The position numbers were made by a program, and so were the translations under genes. Below the pieces are notes generated by a model. That model was not told the DNA's origin. It made no database searches and saw only the letters and a program-made list of their open reading frames with translations. This document shows positions 53,166-55,687 of a DNA stretch of 55,687 bases, in pieces. The DNA comes from a virus (Duplodnaviria; Caudoviricetes). Each line of letters begins with the position of its first letter. Position 1 is the stretch's first letter. Location: positions 1 through 55,687 of the IMG/VR virus record IMGVR_UViG_3300025410_000022; one strand, 5' to 3'.

Positions 53166-53215
53166 CCTGCAGCCTGGTCGCTTTGTTGCCTGCAGCCTGG
53201 TCGCTTTGTTGCCTG
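53166..53215. repeat. 23-bp tandem repeat (2.2 copies)
   Basis: CCTGCAGCCTGGTCGCTTTGTTG x2 plus CCTG. Confidence 0.9.
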
Positions 53216-53330
53216 GCACACTCAGCGCCAGGCGATGACCTGGTCGGATAGGGTTTATGCGTTTACACTATATATAGTCGGAAACGATTTCTAACTTTCC
53301 ATAGTGTTATCAATGGGTTACGAAAAACGC

Positions 53331-53358
53331 TTGTACCTGGCAGCACCCTGGGCATTAT
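53331..53358 (+). promoter_or_regulatory. Candidate early promoter
   Basis: TTGTAC-N16-CATTAT upstream of the ORF at 53421. Confidence 0.4.
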
Positions 53359-53420
53359 GGAGCCTGGTTAAGTGCCTGGCCGGAACAAGGCACGCAAGAG
53401 AAGTGAAAAGGAATAGCCAA

Positions 53421-53624
53421 ATGTCACGCAAATATTACACTCTGGCAATTCTAGAAGACGGTATCTGGGCCCCTCAATTTGGGGATTACGACCGGGATTG
53501 CGTAAAGTTTGAAGCGGACGATTACAAGGATCACGGTACTAAACTCAAGGATATCCGCATCATTTGTACCAAAGACGACCAGGCTTCTATTGAGTCTGCA
53601 GTATCTGCTCTTAACTCTAAGTAA
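53421..53624 (+). CDS. Small hypothetical early protein
   Basis: AAGGA RBS; WAPQFGDYDRDCVKFE. Confidence 0.75.
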   Translation: MSRKYYTLAILEDGIWAPQFGDYDRDCVKFEADDYKDHGTKLKDIRIICTKDDQASIESAVSALNSK

Positions 53625-53635
53625 GGATTACAAAC

Positions 53636-54364
53636 ATGACGATATCAATTCAAGAAAAGTCCGCCAATGGTAAGACCGGAGCCGTAGTAACTACCTATCG
53701 TGCGGGTAATACTTCACAATATGGCACATGCCCGAAAACTTGTGGGCAATGCACGACGCACTGCCCGGTATATGGCGCGGATAAAATAGACTATGGTTAT
53801 GCTACTGCAGTCTATAACTGCGTCGCACCTGGAGGTGTTTCCTGGCTGTACAGTCACTTTGATTGGAAAAAATGGTATGAAGCTTTCAAGCCTATGCCAA
53901 GTAAAACTACCTTCAACTTTTCCGCCGATACAATGGAACAAGCTTTGAAGGCATGGCTTGCAGGCGTACCTACCACGGTTGTAGTACCAAAAGACTTTCC
54001 CAAGTCTACCTGGGTTGGTTTAGAGGGACCTGATGACAGTATGAAGGTTCAAGTCGTTACTTGCCCTGCCCAAACGAATAAGGAAATAACCTGCGACAAT
54101 TGTGGTGATGGCGCGCCATTATGCGCCAGGGGCAATAGAACCTATATCATCGCGTTCCGATTACATGGTACCGCCACCAAAACCGCTGATACATGTTATG
54201 CAGGATCCGGCTTTCGTACTGGGCCTTATTGGAAACGGCTTTCTACCCGTCAACAATCACTTTCGGATATTGAGATGATCCAGGCATTGCGCGCCAGGCT
54301 CGAAAAACGACCAGGCGCAAAGGTTCGCTTTCATGTCGCCGGGGATATCGGCCAAGAAGGCTAG
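53636..54364 (+). CDS. Cys-rich GP88-like (Fe-S / radical-SAM-related) protein
   Basis: SANGKTG, TCPKTC, LYSH, NFSAD, TCPAQ...TCDNC...LC, IIAFRLHG, CYA, RFHVAGD. Confidence 0.65.
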   Translation: MTISIQEKSANGKTGAVVTTYRAGNTSQYGTCPKTCGQCTTHCPVYGADKIDYGYATAVYNCVAPGGVSWLYSHFDWKKWYEAFKPMPSKTTFNFSADTMEQALKAWLAGVPTTVVVPKDFPKSTWVGLEGPDDSMKVQVVTCPAQTNKEITCDNCGDGAPLCARGNRTYIIAFRLHGTATKTADTCYAGSGFRTGPYWKRLSTRQQSLSDIEMIQALRARLEKRPGAKVRFHVAGDIGQEG

Positions 54365-54381
54365 GCTTTCCTAGCCTTTCG

Positions 54382-54417
54382 AGCGCGCCAGGTTATCGCC
54401 TGGCGCGCTTTTCTTTT
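54382..54417 (+). terminator. Rho-independent terminator
   Basis: AGCGCGCCAGG-TTATCG-CCTGGCGCGCT followed by TTTCTTTT. Confidence 0.85.
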
Positions 54418-54707
54418 GTCTATCCGCCAGGTAAGGGCGCGCCAGGTGCGCCAATGCCACCACCAGACCTATAACGCGCCAGGATGGCAAGCGCAGTGGT
54501 ACTCGCCTAGGCTCCCATATAGGCGCACCCCGTTCCGGGCGCGTAGCACCCCTTAGAATCGATTTACGAAATGGTTGCATTTGTTGTGAATTATCGCCAA
54601 CAAAGTGTAAAGCTATGGGTAAAGTACAAAAAAGTGAGCAAAATCAATGGGTTGGGCTTGACCACCACGTTCAAAAGTGCCAAAAGCCAACAGGGAAGGT
54701 GCAACGC

Positions 54708-55028
54708 ATGACCAATAAATCCAACACTTTCGGGCTAATAATTAAAAACCTGGCAGCCGGGGCTAAATACGCGTCCTGGATAGCAGATTGTGTTGGAATA
54801 AACCGTGCCACGTTTAATTCCTGGTCATGGAATAGGCAAAAACCTGGAAAAAGGAAAGTGGCGCTCTTGATTGACTCAGTGCCAACGCTCCGCGCCCAAT
54901 TACTTGCCCGCCACCAAGCCGAACTTGAAGCCTTCGAAAAAGGTGCGCGAGACCTTTGGCTATTTCACCAAACGGACCCTGGACGCTACACCAGGCCGGA
55001 CCCCAGCCATAAACCGATCAAGAACTAA
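54708..55028 (+). CDS. HTH-like protein
   Basis: ASWIADCVGINRATFNSWSWNRQKP; GAAGGT upstream. Confidence 0.55.
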   Translation: MTNKSNTFGLIIKNLAAGAKYASWIADCVGINRATFNSWSWNRQKPGKRKVALLIDSVPTLRAQLLARHQAELEAFEKGARDLWLFHQTDPGRYTRPDPSHKPIKN

Positions 55029-55029
55029 C

Positions 55030-55658
55030 CGGGCGAAACCCGTTACGATACAACTAATCATCGTCTGTTCTGGCCCCATCTTTATAGATATCAATCACTT
55101 AGCGTTCAACTGTTAACCCGTAATTAGCGAACAGAAAAAAACTGCACAGTCAAGTGAACAGTTGAATTTGGCGGTTTTCCGCCATTTTGACCACAACTAG
55201 TGCGACATTTTTGGGTACTGTGCGAAGTGTGCGGCGGAAAATATGAGATAGGTATATATCCACCAGGAGGGACCGGGGAGAGCCCACTGGAAGAAAAAGC
55301 CTCGCTAGTACCATATTATTCCCAGAACAGTTAGAACACTTAGAACAGTTATATATATATATTTAAACTATTTAAAACATATATATAAGAACGGCAGTTT
55401 TCCTGGGGCTTTTGCAAGATGGCAACTGTGCGATTGACTGTTCACTTGTGGCCGCCGCGACCCTCAAAACTCGCACACTTATCACTTTGTTGCCTTATTA
55501 CTTCGCAAGATGGAAAGTGTGCGACCCGCCAGGTCATCGCCAGGTCAAGTGTGCAGCCGTGAACTGTTCGCCAGGTGGAGCCTGGTCGCCCGCCAGGCCG
55601 TCGCACACTTATCAAGTTGGAATAATAAGTTTAACTTTCCGAAAAATTATGTCATTGT
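55030..55658. other. Non-coding origin-like region
   Basis: AGAACA(G/C)TT x3 tandem at 55324-55350; AT-rich core at 55349-55388; dispersed TGTGCG repeats. Confidence 0.5.
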
Positions 55659-55687
55659 CTCCACCGGGGGGGGGCGATTTTGCCCGC
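55659..55687. repeat. Terminal direct repeat, right copy
   Basis: Identical to 1-29. Confidence 0.95.

Noticed and set aside
1-55687. Alternative genetic code or tRNA genes
   Set aside because: Genes tile densely under the standard code with all three stops used. No tRNA cloverleaf was spotted by eye; tRNAscan was not run.

Overview
The window looks like a complete, circularly assembled 55.7 kb tailed dsDNA phage genome: the first and last 29 bp are identical. It is podovirus-like, with an adaptor, a nozzle and three ejection proteins but no tape measure. Rz/Rz1 spanins indicate a Gram-negative host. An RcGTA-like spike base protein and a TPR-glycosyltransferase suggest an alphaproteobacterium (inference). 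The + strand (about 53.4 kb, through the junction, to 16.3 kb) carries early genes and a replication module: DUF932-like protein, family A DNA polymerase, Cas4-like exonuclease, VRR-NUC, SNF2 helicase and primase-helicase. An array of small ORFs follows it. The - strand (53.0 to 16.3 kb) carries TerL, an LPD23/zincin protein, portal, scaffold, major capsid, adaptor, nozzle, fibres, GH19 endolysin, ejection proteins, a second spike/fibre cluster, holin and spanins. No integrase, RNA polymerase, reverse transcriptase, tRNA or CRISPR array was recognised. The best candidate for a new system is an inverted cassette inside the head operon (HTH_17, TPR-glycosyltransferase, KTSC, basic peptide). It co-occurs with a sulfotransferase-GNAT fusion and a Ser/Thr-rich repeat grafted into four virion proteins, which together suggest virion or host-surface modification. 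All family assignments come from motif recognition by eye; no searches were run.
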